In this document: in pieces, positions 1 through 8,737 of the stretch
How the letters are laid out: each line of letters begins with the position of its first letter
Numbering within the stretch: the first letter of the stretch is position 1
Assembly: GCA_041484155.1 (NCBI GenBank)
Contig: JBGPHB010000001.1
Span: forward strand, 1 to 26,783
Source: Bryobacteraceae bacterium
Lineage (GTDB): Bacteria; Acidobacteriota; Terriglobia; Bryobacterales; Bryobacteraceae
DNA length: 26,783 nt
Reading direction: 5' to 3'
Made by a program: the position numbers and the translations under genes
The notes under the pieces: model-generated
What the model was told of the DNA's origin: nothing
Seen by the model: only the letters and a program-made list of their open reading frames with translations
Databases searched by the model: none

Positions 1-1
1 G

Positions 2-259
2 AGCATTCCGAAGTTCCGAACGGAAGCCCAGGAGGCGGAGTGGTGGGATAACCATCCGGAAGCTGCCACGGAAATCATGAAACGCGCACTGAAGTCTGGC
101 AAGGCAAGACGGGTAATTCCCTTGAAGACCGTCACCATGCGACTTCCGGTGCCTGACATCCAGGCGGCTCAAGATCTGGCACACGAGAAGGGACTTCCGT
201 ATCAGACCTACATAAAGATGCTGCTGCACGAGGCCCTCAAAAAAGAGCGCTCTGCGTAA
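2..259 (+). CDS. CopG/BrnA-type antitoxin-like protein (5'-partial)
   Basis: The frame of ORF 77..259 is open back to the window edge and reads SIPKFRTEAQEAEWWDNH..., the N-terminal pattern of this antitoxin family. The C-terminus TVTMRLP..D...A..LAHEKGLPYQTYIKMLLHEAL is ribbon-helix-helix-like. The true start lies outside the window. Confidence 0.75.
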   Translation, partial: SIPKFRTEAQEAEWWDNHPEAATEIMKRALKSGKARRVIPLKTVTMRLPVPDIQAAQDLAHEKGLPYQTYIKMLLHEALKKERSA

Positions 260-290
260 GAAAAGCAGTGACGATCCGAGAGATGTGCGT

Positions 291-306
291 CCCGGCGTGC
301 GAACAT
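291..306 (+). promoter_or_regulatory. Candidate promoter motif CCCGGCGTGCGA (copy 1), upstream of typA
   Basis: An identical 12-mer lies at 2199-2210. Both copies end exactly 18 nt before the ATG. Here it reads TG-C-GAACAT, resembling an extended -10 element. Confidence 0.35.
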
Positions 307-320
307 AGAGGAGTCCCCGC

Positions 321-2117
321 ATGATTTCAAACACCTCCATCCGTAATGTGGCCATCATTGCCCACGTCGATCACGGCAAGACCACACTGGTTGACGCTAT
401 GTTCCGCCAAAGCGGCGTATTTCGAGAAAACGAGCAGGTTGCCGAGCGGGCGATGGACTCGAACGACCTGGAGCGCGAGCGCGGCATTACGATTCTGTCC
501 AAGGCCACCGGCGTTCGCTATCACGAAACCAAGATCAACATCGTCGATACGCCCGGCCACAGCGACTTCGGCGGCGAAGTGGAGCGCGCGCTGAAACTGG
601 TGGATGGCGTGATGCTTCTGGTGGACGCGAGCGAAGGCCCGTTGCCGCAGACGCGCTACGTGCTGATGAAGGCGCTGGAGGCGCGGCTCCCGCAAATCGT
701 GGTGATCAATAAGATCGACCGGCCCGACGCACGCATCCAGGACGTATTGAACGAAATCTACGACTTGTTCATCGATTTGGACGCGACCGAGGACCAGCTC
801 GGCTTTCCGGTGATCTACACGAACGCCAAGGAAGGGATCGCCAAAACCGATCCCGACGGGCCCGAACAGGACTTGCGGGTGCTATTCGAGGCGATCCTGG
901 CGCACATTCCGGCGCCCGTGGGCGACCCCGACGGCGTTCTGCAACTTCTCGTAGCGAACCTCGATTACAGCGACTACCTGGGACGCATGGCCATCGGGCG
1001 CGTATTCAACGGCACGCTCCGGCACGGGGATGAAGTCGGCATCGCCAAGCTGGACGGCACCCTGCACAAGACCAAGATCACCAAACTCTACTCGTTCGAA
1101 GGGCTGAAGCGGGTGGATGAAACCATCGGCTGGCCCGGCGACATTCTGGCCATCGCCGGCGTCGAGGGGATCACCATCGGCGAGACGCTCACCAGCGCCG
1201 AAACGCCGCAGCCCCTGCCGCACATCCCCATTGACGAACCCACCATCGCCATGACGTTCACCATCAATACGTCGCCCTTTTCCGGCCGCGACGGGACTTA
1301 CGTCACGTCGCGCCACCTGCGCGACCGCCTGGACAAGGAACTTCTCACCAACGTCTCGATTCGCGTCGAGGAAGCGGGCGGGCCGGATTCGTTCAAAGTG
1401 ATGGGCCGCGGCGAACTGCAGCTCGCGATCTTGATCGAGATGATGCGGCGCGAAGGCTTTGAGCTGGCAGTGGGCAAGCCGGAGATCCTCACCAGGCAGA
1501 TCGACGGCAAGCTCAGCGAACCGGTGGAACTGCTGGTGATTGACTGCCCGGAGTCGTTCATTGGAGTCGTCATCGAAAAAATGGGTGTCCGCAAGGGAAA
1601 GATGCTGAAAATGGTCAACCATGGGTCAGGACGGGTGCGGCTGGAGTTTCATGTGCCGTCGCGCGGGCTGATCGGGCTGCGCGGCGAGATGCTCACCGAC
1701 ACCCGCGGCACGGCCATCATGAATTCCCTGTTCCACGGCTACATCGAATGGCAAGGCGAGATCCCCACGCGGCCGACGGGTTCCCTGGTCGCGGATCGTT
1801 CGGGCAGAACTACCGGGCATGCCATCTTCAACCTGCAAGAGCGAGGGGAGATGTTCGTGGCTCCGGGCACCGAGGTTTACCAAGGGATGATCGTCGGGGA
1901 AAATGCGCGGGAAGCGGACCTGAACGTGAATATTGTGAAGGAAAAGAAGCTGACCAACATGCGGGCATCCACGGCCGACGAAGCGATTCGCCTGATTCCT
2001 CCACGCTTGCTCAATCTGGAGCAAGCCATCGAATTCGTGCGCGACGACGAACTGGTCGAGGTGACCCCGCAGTCGATCCGGTTGCGAAAGAAAGTACTGA
2101 AAGCCAACCAGCGCTAG
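321..2117 (+). CDS. typA: Translational GTPase TypA/BipA
   Basis: [18 protein letters not shown] (G1), [31 protein letters not shown] (G3), NKID (G4), [18 protein letters not shown], and C-terminal KKLTNMRAS...LELVEVTP-type tail ([15 protein letters not shown]). GAGGAG Shine-Dalgarno upstream. Confidence 0.98.
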   Translation: MISNTSIRNVAIIAHVDHGKTTLVDAMFRQSGVFRENEQVAERAMDSNDLERERGITILSKATGVRYHETKINIVDTPGHSDFGGEVERALKLVDGVMLLVDASEGPLPQTRYVLMKALEARLPQIVVINKIDRPDARIQDVLNEIYDLFIDLDATEDQLGFPVIYTNAKEGIAKTDPDGPEQDLRVLFEAILAHIPAPVGDPDGVLQLLVANLDYSDYLGRMAIGRVFNGTLRHGDEVGIAKLDGTLHKTKITKLYSFEGLKRVDETIGWPGDILAIAGVEGITIGETLTSAETPQPLPHIPIDEPTIAMTFTINTSPFSGRDGTYVTSRHLRDRLDKELLTNVSIRVEEAGGPDSFKVMGRGELQLAILIEMMRREGFELAVGKPEILTRQIDGKLSEPVELLVIDCPESFIGVVIEKMGVRKGKMLKMVNHGSGRVRLEFHVPSRGLIGLRGEMLTDTRGTAIMNSLFHGYIEWQGEIPTRPTGSLVADRSGRTTGHAIFNLQERGEMFVAPGTEVYQGMIVGENAREADLNVNIVKEKKLTNMRASTADEAIRLIPPRLLNLEQAIEFVRDDELVEVTPQSIRLRKKVLKANQR

Positions 2118-2198
2118 TTTCTTTTTGTCCTCATTAAGTCTTTATAAATCAGCAATATAGACTGGGGCTGCCGGTCTGATTGTCTTTTCAAAGATATC

Positions 2199-2214
2199 CC
2201 CGGCGTGCGATACT
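2199..2214 (+). promoter_or_regulatory. Candidate promoter motif CCCGGCGTGCGA (copy 2)
   Basis: Identical to 291-302 and 18 nt before the ATG at 2229. Reads TG-C-GATACT, resembling an extended -10 element. Confidence 0.35.
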
Positions 2215-2228
2215 AAGTTCAAGAAAAC

Positions 2229-3581
2229 ATGACTCAAGTGGGCGAAGCCATAGCCCGTTATCACAAGTTAATCGAGAGCGAGCCTTATATCGACATGGGG
2301 TGGGCGCTGGCCCTCCAGGAGCGCATGAAGGCCGAGAGGCTGGGCAGCCGTCCCATTTCACCGGTTTTGCGTCCGCATTTCGTGACCAACCGTCAGTATG
2401 CCGCGTTGGTGAAGGCTGCCGAAGCGCTGTTTTCGTCCATTGATCGGGTGGAGCAGATGGCGCTCGCCAATCCTGTGCTGCTGTCGCGCATGCAACTTCT
2501 GCCGGCGGAGCGGATGCTGGCCGCGGTCGACCCAGGCTACTCTTTCTTCAGCGTCACCGGGCTGCTCGACAGCAATCTGAACAATGGTAGTTTACGTTTC
2601 GTCTCCCACGACGCCGATGCGCCGGCGGGCGTGGTGTATGGCGACGCGCTTGCGGATCTGTTCTACGATGCGCCGCCGGTGAAGGAATTCCGCAAGAAGT
2701 ACAAGCTCACCAAGCTGAGCGCCACCAAATACCTGTTGCAGGCTCTGGTGAAAGCCTACAAGGATTTCGGCGGCAAGCAGAAGAGACCGCGCATTGCCAT
2801 CGTCGAGTACCGGCCGCCGTCCCAGTCGGCCGATCTGAGCGAGTACGCGCTGCTGGCGGAGTTTTTCAGGCGCGAGGGGTTTCCCACCGAGATCGTCTCG
2901 CCCGACCAGCTCGAATACCGCGGCGGGGTCCTCCGGCGCGGTGACTTCGCGGTCGACATCGTGTATCGCCGCATCAAGCTACAGGAGTTCCTGGTGCGGT
3001 TCGATCTGGCCCATCCGATGGTGCGCGCCTATAAGGATCGCGCCGTGTGCATGGTGAACAGCTTCCGTTCGGAACTCGGAGCCAAGAAGGCCATTTTCGA
3101 CCTGCTCACGGACGATACAGTGACCGCGAGGTTTCCGGCGGCCGAGCGCAGAGCGATCAAGGAATTCGTTCCCTGGACGCGCATGGTTCAGGCGGCCAAA
3201 ACCACCTACCGCGGCCGCACGGTGGATCTGCCGGACTTCGTGATGAAACATCGGGCCAAGCTGGTGCTGAAGCCGAATGACAGTTCCGCCGACTTGAACT
3301 CCTTCCGCGGCGCTGATACGGATGACATGGGATGGGAGAAGGCGCTGCGTCAAGCCATGCGCACGCCCTACGTGGTGCAGGAACTGTCTGAGCCGGCCCG
3401 CGCCGTCTTCCCGCTGATGCAGTACGGCAGCCTGGTCATGAAAGAGATGCAGGTGGATGTGCACCCGCACTCGTTCCTGGGCAAAGTGCACGGCTGTTCA
3501 AGCTGGTTGAGTGTGGCGGGGTCGAATACTTTCTCCACGCTGACGGGTCTGGCGCCGACGTTCCTGTTGGAAGGGAAGTAG
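2229..3581 (+). CDS. Circularly permuted ATP-grasp / glutathionylspermidine-synthase-like protein with a degenerate active site
   Basis: Family-type segments PISPVLRPHF, VDPGY, DIVYRR, VCMVNSFRS, KKAIFDLL, VPWTR, LVLKPND and YVVQE are present. The expected R-x-D, E-x-N and YGGxG motifs are replaced. Confidence 0.7.
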   Translation: MTQVGEAIARYHKLIESEPYIDMGWALALQERMKAERLGSRPISPVLRPHFVTNRQYAALVKAAEALFSSIDRVEQMALANPVLLSRMQLLPAERMLAAVDPGYSFFSVTGLLDSNLNNGSLRFVSHDADAPAGVVYGDALADLFYDAPPVKEFRKKYKLTKLSATKYLLQALVKAYKDFGGKQKRPRIAIVEYRPPSQSADLSEYALLAEFFRREGFPTEIVSPDQLEYRGGVLRRGDFAVDIVYRRIKLQEFLVRFDLAHPMVRAYKDRAVCMVNSFRSELGAKKAIFDLLTDDTVTARFPAAERRAIKEFVPWTRMVQAAKTTYRGRTVDLPDFVMKHRAKLVLKPNDSSADLNSFRGADTDDMGWEKALRQAMRTPYVVQELSEPARAVFPLMQYGSLVMKEMQVDVHPHSFLGKVHGCSSWLSVAGSNTFSTLTGLAPTFLLEGK

Positions 3582-3586
3582 CTCCT

Positions 3587-3658
3587 GGCAGGCGAAACCG
3601 CCTGCCCCACTTCTTACAAACCCTTTGCAGCAAGGTGGGGCAGACGGTTTCGTCTGCC
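3587..3658. repeat. REPIN/MITE-like inverted doublet of 24-bp self-palindromic units between convergent genes
   Basis: GGCAGGCGAAACCGCCTGCCCCAC (3587-3610) and GTGGGGCAGACGGTTTCGTCTGCC (3635-3658) are inverted copies with 2 mismatches and a 24-nt spacer. Each arm is its own 8-bp hairpin. It may also act as a bidirectional terminator. Confidence 0.75.
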
Positions 3659-3671
3659 GTACCGGCGTGCC

Positions 3672-4637
3672 TCAGGTAGATGCGATGGCCTCAGGCGTTC
3701 CCGCATCCTTCTCCACCGTTACCTTCGCGCGCAAGTTCGCTACGCCGGCGGTCGGGCGCTCGTCGGTGACGGTGAAGGCGATCGCGTCGTCCAGCCAATC
3801 GTGCGAGGTACCGTCGGGATCGTGCGAGGCGAGCGTTAGCGTGTAAGCGTGCGGGCACAAGTCGCAGAGGAACCGGAACACGACCTTTACGGTGTCACCC
3901 GCGGCGAAGGGACCCATCTTCACCCGCTCGATCTGGGTATTGGTGCCGTAGACCTCGAAGCCGATCTGCGTGCGGATGAGCATCCCTAGCACGGGCTCGG
4001 CGACTGCCTCATGGAATCGTATGGTGGCGCGGACGCTCACCATCTCCCCGCTCTTCCAGACAATAGTCGGCTCCCCTTTCGAGCCCAGCGTCTCGATCGA
4101 GATGACCTCCGCCCGGCCATCTCCGCGACGGGAAACCGGCGCCATGCGTGGCGGGATGGTTTCGCCCCAGCTTCGCACGCGTTCGGAGACGAAGCGGCGA
4201 TAGCGGGCGACGGTCTCCCGCGGATCGCCCTTGGCGCCGAGCTGGCCGGCGTCCATCCACCACACCTCATCGCTCAGCGATTCCAGCAGCCACTCTTCGT
4301 GCGACGCCACCAGTATGGTCGTGCCCGATCTCCGCAGGCGGTCGAGGCCGGTGAGGGTGCGGGCACGCACGACGGCGTCCTGTGTGGCCAGCGCCTGATC
4401 GAGAGCCAGTACCGCCGCCGGGGCCAGATTCAGCGTCTCGCCGAGCGCCACGTAACGCCGCTCCGCTGCCGCGACAATTTCACCCTGGTCCGGCTTCGCG
4501 ATTCCTCCGGCCAGCTTGAGCAACTCGGAGACGCCTGAGTTCTTGTCGCCAATCACACCAATGATCGCGCCCGCGGGCGCCATCGCACTAAAACCGGCCA
4601 GCGGCGCGGCGTGCACGTTCCGGAACTCGATGGACAT
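3672..4637 (-). CDS. Wzt-like protein: degenerate, shortened ABC ATPase domain plus Wzt C-terminal carbohydrate-binding domain
   Basis: Walker A-like GVIGDKNSGVSELL, Walker B-like VLALDQAL, H-loop VASH, then DEVWWMDAGQ. The linker RRGDGRAEV leads into a Wzt_C-type domain (PVLGMLIRTQIGFEVYGTNT, YTLTLASH, DWLDDAIAFTV). Confidence 0.8.
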   Translation of the reverse strand: MSIEFRNVHAAPLAGFSAMAPAGAIIGVIGDKNSGVSELLKLAGGIAKPDQGEIVAAAERRYVALGETLNLAPAAVLALDQALATQDAVVRARTLTGLDRLRRSGTTILVASHEEWLLESLSDEVWWMDAGQLGAKGDPRETVARYRRFVSERVRSWGETIPPRMAPVSRRGDGRAEVISIETLGSKGEPTIVWKSGEMVSVRATIRFHEAVAEPVLGMLIRTQIGFEVYGTNTQIERVKMGPFAAGDTVKVVFRFLCDLCPHAYTLTLASHDPDGTSHDWLDDAIAFTVTDERPTAGVANLRAKVTVEKDAGTPEAIAST

Positions 4638-4667
4638 TAAACAACAGGATACGTCAGACGGCTCACC

Positions 4668-6701
4668 TTAATTTGACGGCTGCTTGACCCACTCGCCGAT
4701 CCATTCCAGGAACTGGTTGTACCACAGCACACTGTTCTGCGGTTTCAGAATCCAGTGCCCTTCATCCGGGAAGACAATCAGCTTCGACGGAACCTTTTGA
4801 AGCTGCAGCGCCGTGAACAGTTGCAGGCCTTGATCGACCGGGACGCGATAGTCCAGCTCGCCGTGGATTACCAACGTAGGCGTCTTGAAATCCTTCGCGA
4901 AGTAACTTGGCGACCACTTGGCATACGCGTCCGGGCTATCCCACGGCATGCCGTGAAACTCCCACTGCGGGAACCACAGTTCTTCGGTCGCGCCCGCCAT
5001 GCTGCGCAGATCGTACACGCCGGCGTGCGAGACCAGCGCCTTAAAACGTGTGGTGTGGCCGAGCAGCCAATCCACCATGTATCCGCCGTAGGATCCGCCG
5101 GCGGCGACCATCCGATCCGGATCGGCGTAGGGCAGGGACGCCACATGGTCGACCACGGCCATCAGATCGTCGTAGACTTTTCCGCCCCAATCGTTATTGA
5201 TGTCGTCGATAAACTTCTGGCCGTAGCCAGTGGAACCGCGTGGATTGGGCATCACCACGACATAGCCGGCTGACGCAAACACCTGCGGATTCCAGCGGTA
5301 GCTCCAGGTCTCGCCCCAGGCGCCCTGCGGCCCACCGTGAATCAGAAACAGCACGGGGTGTTTTCGCGATTCGGAAAAACCCGGTGGTTTTACCACGAAC
5401 GAGTGCACGCGGGTCTTGTCGGGCCCATCCACCCACATCTCTTCGAGCGGCGTAAGCACCGCGGAGGCAAGTAATGAGTCGTTGAGATGAGTCAGGGCGA
5501 CGCCGGTCCCGCCGGACGACGCAGCGCGATAGATCTCGGTGGGATGCGAGCCGCTCTGCTCGGTGTAGATCATCAGGTTGCCATCGGAGTTGAACTGGAC
5601 GTCGTCCAGACTCGACGAGCCGGCGATGATGTTGCGCGATCCGCCACCCGTGACGGCAATCATCTGCAAGCCGTTGCGGCCGCGGTCTTCCACGGTGAAG
5701 AAAAGACGCGAGGAATCCGGCGACCAGGTCATGCTTTCGATCCATCGGTCCAGTCCCTCGGAGAGATTGCTGGTGCGGCCCGTGGCGCGCTCCAGCACCA
5801 TGAGTCTCCAGCGGTCGCTTTCATATCCGGCGCGCGCCTGGGAGCGAAACGCGAGGTACCTTCCGTCGGGGGAATAGATGGGGGAATCGTCGGCGCCCAG
5901 GCCGATCGTAATTTTCTTCGCCTCGCTGCCGCCCGAGATCGGCGCCGTGTAGATATCGGAGTTAGTGCTGGTGGCCGGGTCCGGGTTGGCGTTCATCGTG
6001 AACGCGACCTCATTCGAATCGGGTGAGATCGCATAGTCATCCGGCCCGCCCAGCGAGAACGGCGGCACGTCGCGCGTGCCCGGCGTCAGGTCCTTCGCGC
6101 CCGTTCCATCGGTGTTGATCACCATCAGGTGCTGCCGGCGTTTGCTCTGCCACTCGGTCCAGTGACGATACAGCAGCGAAGTGTAAATGCGCGCCTTGAC
6201 TTTGCTTTTGTTCTCGTCATCGAGCCTGGTTTTGTTGCACTGGTCGTCGGACCCGCACTCCGGATAGACGCTCGACAGGAATACGAGCTTTTTTCCGTCG
6301 GCGGCCACCAGAATGCCGCTGGCTTCGGTGGAAAGGTGCGTGACCTGATGTGCGTCTCCGCCGCCCGGGTGCATGCTCCAGATTTGCGATGAGCCGTCGC
6401 GGTTGGAAACGAAATAGATCTGCTTGGAGTCGGGCGACCAGCGCGGGCGTTCATTCTGGACGCCCTCCCGTGTGATCTGCCGCGGCAATCCGCCATTCAG
6501 CGCGACCGTGTAGATCTGCTTCGGCTTCGTGTTTTTCTCGAGGTCGATGGTCTGGACGGTGAAGGCGACGAGCTTTCCGTCCGGAGAGAGCACGGGCTCG
6601 CTGATCCGAGCGATCTTGAGCATCGTCTCGACGCCGAACGGCTGCTTCTGGGCGAGCAGGCCCGTGGCAGCAAGAAGAGCCAGCACGAATACGCGCATCA
6701 T
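4668..6701 (-). CDS. Secreted S9-family (prolyl oligopeptidase / dipeptidyl aminopeptidase-like) serine peptidase
   Basis: Signal peptide MMRVFVLALLAATGLLAQ and PD40-type beta-propeller repeats (SPDGK, WSPDSK). Catalytic domain: IHGGPQG, GGSYGGY (Ser), GELDYRV (Asp), FPDEGHW (His). Start taken at the ATG-ATG at 6701/6698 rather than the GTG at 6749. Confidence 0.93.
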   Translation of the reverse strand: MMRVFVLALLAATGLLAQKQPFGVETMLKIARISEPVLSPDGKLVAFTVQTIDLEKNTKPKQIYTVALNGGLPRQITREGVQNERPRWSPDSKQIYFVSNRDGSSQIWSMHPGGGDAHQVTHLSTEASGILVAADGKKLVFLSSVYPECGSDDQCNKTRLDDENKSKVKARIYTSLLYRHWTEWQSKRRQHLMVINTDGTGAKDLTPGTRDVPPFSLGGPDDYAISPDSNEVAFTMNANPDPATSTNSDIYTAPISGGSEAKKITIGLGADDSPIYSPDGRYLAFRSQARAGYESDRWRLMVLERATGRTSNLSEGLDRWIESMTWSPDSSRLFFTVEDRGRNGLQMIAVTGGGSRNIIAGSSSLDDVQFNSDGNLMIYTEQSGSHPTEIYRAASSGGTGVALTHLNDSLLASAVLTPLEEMWVDGPDKTRVHSFVVKPPGFSESRKHPVLFLIHGGPQGAWGETWSYRWNPQVFASAGYVVVMPNPRGSTGYGQKFIDDINNDWGGKVYDDLMAVVDHVASLPYADPDRMVAAGGSYGGYMVDWLLGHTTRFKALVSHAGVYDLRSMAGATEELWFPQWEFHGMPWDSPDAYAKWSPSYFAKDFKTPTLVIHGELDYRVPVDQGLQLFTALQLQKVPSKLIVFPDEGHWILKPQNSVLWYNQFLEWIGEWVKQPSN

Positions 6702-6705
6702 CTTT

Positions 6706-6711
6706 ATTCTA
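6706..6711 (-). promoter_or_regulatory. Candidate -10 hexamer TAGAAT (possible leaderless promoter of the S9 peptidase)
   Basis: TAGAAT lies 7 nt before the ATG at 6698 (4 nt before 6701), with no Shine-Dalgarno sequence. Confidence 0.4.
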
Positions 6712-6749
6712 TCGTGGGTCTCCACTGCGAGCGGCGGGGAAAGAGGCAC

Positions 6750-7748
6750 CTACCGTCTGGGCGGCAGATATAGCGTCGGATGAGTACGCGCGTACCCCAC
6801 GCGCATCCGCGGGAGTGCAGACAGGCTCACCTGGGGATGGATGTGATGGACGATATGGTAGCCAATGTTGCGCGGCGCAAGGGCGATGGCGCCTAACAGG
6901 CCGAGGTAATTATCGTTGGTCGTGGCAATAATCGTCTCTACCTGACGATCAAAGACGCGCTCGTAGTTATGCTCGATCAGCACCCGGCGCGCGGCAAGCA
7001 CTCCGGCGATGGTCACGGGCACGACGTAGCCGAGGAGCACGGGCCCAGGATGCGCCATGCCCGCGGCGACGATGCCCGCCTGGAAGGCGACCTGGCCGAG
7101 CTCGGCGCGTGCGCAATCCATCAGTTCGCGCGAGCGGCGCAGATCGGCCTTGCTACGATCCTGGAGAAACACGTGCGCGTAGAGGTTGCGCAACCCACGC
7201 ACACCGAGCGCCGCTGCGCCGACGAGTGCGCGCACGGTCCAGAATGGTACGAGAACCAGTCCGCGCAGGGTGTTTAGGCTCCACCAAAGAACGTTCTGCC
7301 GCCCCGTTTTGTAGTATGGATCCGTCTCCATCCCACTGTCGCGATGGTGACGGAGGTGGTGGTAGCGCATCGCGTTGAGGGTCGACGCGATCGGGTAACC
7401 ACACAGTACCTCCACCAACCGTATGCCGAGCGCCTTTTCCCGGAGCGGCATGTGCGCGGCATCGTGCAAGATGACGCCGAGGGCGTGGAACCGTCCTGCC
7501 AGCGGAATCACGAGAATCAGGTAGGCCCACCACGGCAAGACAGTCATGCCTGCCCAAAGCGCGAGGATCATCCCCCATTCCTCCAGGGCCATGCGCACAA
7601 GTCCTGCCGCCGTGGCAGGTTGCAGGAACACTTGGGGTACGTCGCGGCGGGAAAGGTGCGGAGTGGACGCGGAATCCAAAGCCTCCTCGAGATCCTGCGC
7701 GAGATGAGGACGGGCGTCACACGACGAGGCATTTACCGCTTTGCTCAT
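6750..7748 (-). CDS. Membrane-bound fatty-acid-desaturase-superfamily diiron enzyme (desaturase 1)
   Basis: His boxes HDAAH, HHLRHH, IEH and NIGYHIVHH, with hydrophobic segments. ATGA overlap with the upstream stop at 7745-7748. Confidence 0.88.
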   Translation of the reverse strand: MSKAVNASSCDARPHLAQDLEEALDSASTPHLSRRDVPQVFLQPATAAGLVRMALEEWGMILALWAGMTVLPWWAYLILVIPLAGRFHALGVILHDAAHMPLREKALGIRLVEVLCGYPIASTLNAMRYHHLRHHRDSGMETDPYYKTGRQNVLWWSLNTLRGLVLVPFWTVRALVGAAALGVRGLRNLYAHVFLQDRSKADLRRSRELMDCARAELGQVAFQAGIVAAGMAHPGPVLLGYVVPVTIAGVLAARRVLIEHNYERVFDRQVETIIATTNDNYLGLLGAIALAPRNIGYHIVHHIHPQVSLSALPRMRVGYARTHPTLYLPPRR

Positions 7749-8701
7749 ACAGAACCTTTCCCCCGGCTCGGCGACTGAGGTGGCCGATCTTGGAGCAGCA
7801 CGGCGAGCACCGCGAGCCAGTAGCGCGCATGGTCAAAACCATATCCGCCAACCGCGGGCTGCGCGTGGTCCAGATCGGGGAGCAGGAGGTGCGGCAGCCG
7901 CGGCCAGATGAGATCGTTGAGGAAGAACTGGCCATCGTGCGCGTGACCTGGGCTGATTTCGCCCAGCCGCTTGTGAAATGAATCGAGCCATGCGGTAGGG
8001 CGAGACGACCACGAGGCGGTCTGCAGCACGGGGAACGGCCAGGCGACGCCTTCCACGCGACCGACCAGCGCCGGCCACACGTCGGAGGTAAGCTCGTAGC
8101 CGCCGCGTCTTGCGGCGAGCAGGACCAGAGCCGCGTGTTGCATGACTTCCGCGACACGCCGGCCTGCACGGCGAGGCGTCTCGTGGTGGCGTCCCAGAAG
8201 CACACTTTCGATGACCCTCGATGATCCGTGCGGCGTCTGCGAGAGTGCCACACCATCGCATCGTGCCGCCAGTTCCGGCTCGCTTGCAAGCAGCGTCATG
8301 CACTCCAGGCCGCCGCGGCTGTGCCCGCAGAATACCAGGCGCTTGCGGGTTCCTCGCACAGCGAGCTGATGCGCCAGGGCAGCCACGTTAGTGGCGACTG
8401 TCCCTCCAGCACGGTTGCGGGCGATGAATGCATCGAAACCCAGTCGGCGCACGGCAGCATGCGCGGCGAGGAGGTTGCCCGGCATGTAGTGGCCGAGGTA
8501 CCCACGAACAAAGACGATCGTTGTGCGGGCCGAGCGTGACCGCAGCTTGTCCCCGGCGCCCGCGTTGCCTTCACGCCACACCCTGGCAAACTGCTTGGTC
8601 CACACCCGGTCGGGCTCGGGCGCGAGAGAAGGCGTTTGCGGGTAGAGCCCACGGTATCGGTCGAACCCGTCGGGGGTCCATGTGGCTGGCAACATCGACA
8701 T
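7745..8701 (-). CDS. Alpha/beta hydrolase (lipase/esterase-like)
   Basis: Nucleophile elbow GHSRGG, oxyanion-region strand FVRGYLGH, candidate Asp (HDGQF) and His (DLDHAQP). Confidence 0.75.
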   Translation of the reverse strand: MSMLPATWTPDGFDRYRGLYPQTPSLAPEPDRVWTKQFARVWREGNAGAGDKLRSRSARTTIVFVRGYLGHYMPGNLLAAHAAVRRLGFDAFIARNRAGGTVATNVAALAHQLAVRGTRKRLVFCGHSRGGLECMTLLASEPELAARCDGVALSQTPHGSSRVIESVLLGRHHETPRRAGRRVAEVMQHAALVLLAARRGGYELTSDVWPALVGRVEGVAWPFPVLQTASWSSRPTAWLDSFHKRLGEISPGHAHDGQFFLNDLIWPRLPHLLLPDLDHAQPAVGGYGFDHARYWLAVLAVLLQDRPPQSPSRGKGSV

Positions 8702-8707
8702 TGTGAA

Positions 8708-8737
8708 CTAAACCATTCAAATCTAAACCATTGCCAT
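8708..8737. repeat. Imperfect 15-bp tandem duplication of the GNAT gene 3' end
   Basis: The minus strand reads ATGGCAATGGTTTAG ATTTGAATGGTTTAG. The 10-mer CTAAACCATT occurs at 8708 and 8723. Confidence 0.5.

Noticed and set aside
2147-2159. IHF-like site AATCAGCAATATA in the AT-rich gap after typA
   Set aside because: It mismatches the TTR end of WATCARNNNNTTR and has no supporting context. No terminator hairpin was seen there either.
3587-3658. CRISPR mini-array
   Set aside because: The two units are inverted rather than direct, there is only one pair, and no cas genes are present.
6740-6790. att site or target duplication marking the left end of the cluster as a mobile island
   Set aside because: Only a 7-bp inverted match (GATATAG) to the 11-mer at 17719 was found, with no integrase, transposase or tRNA.
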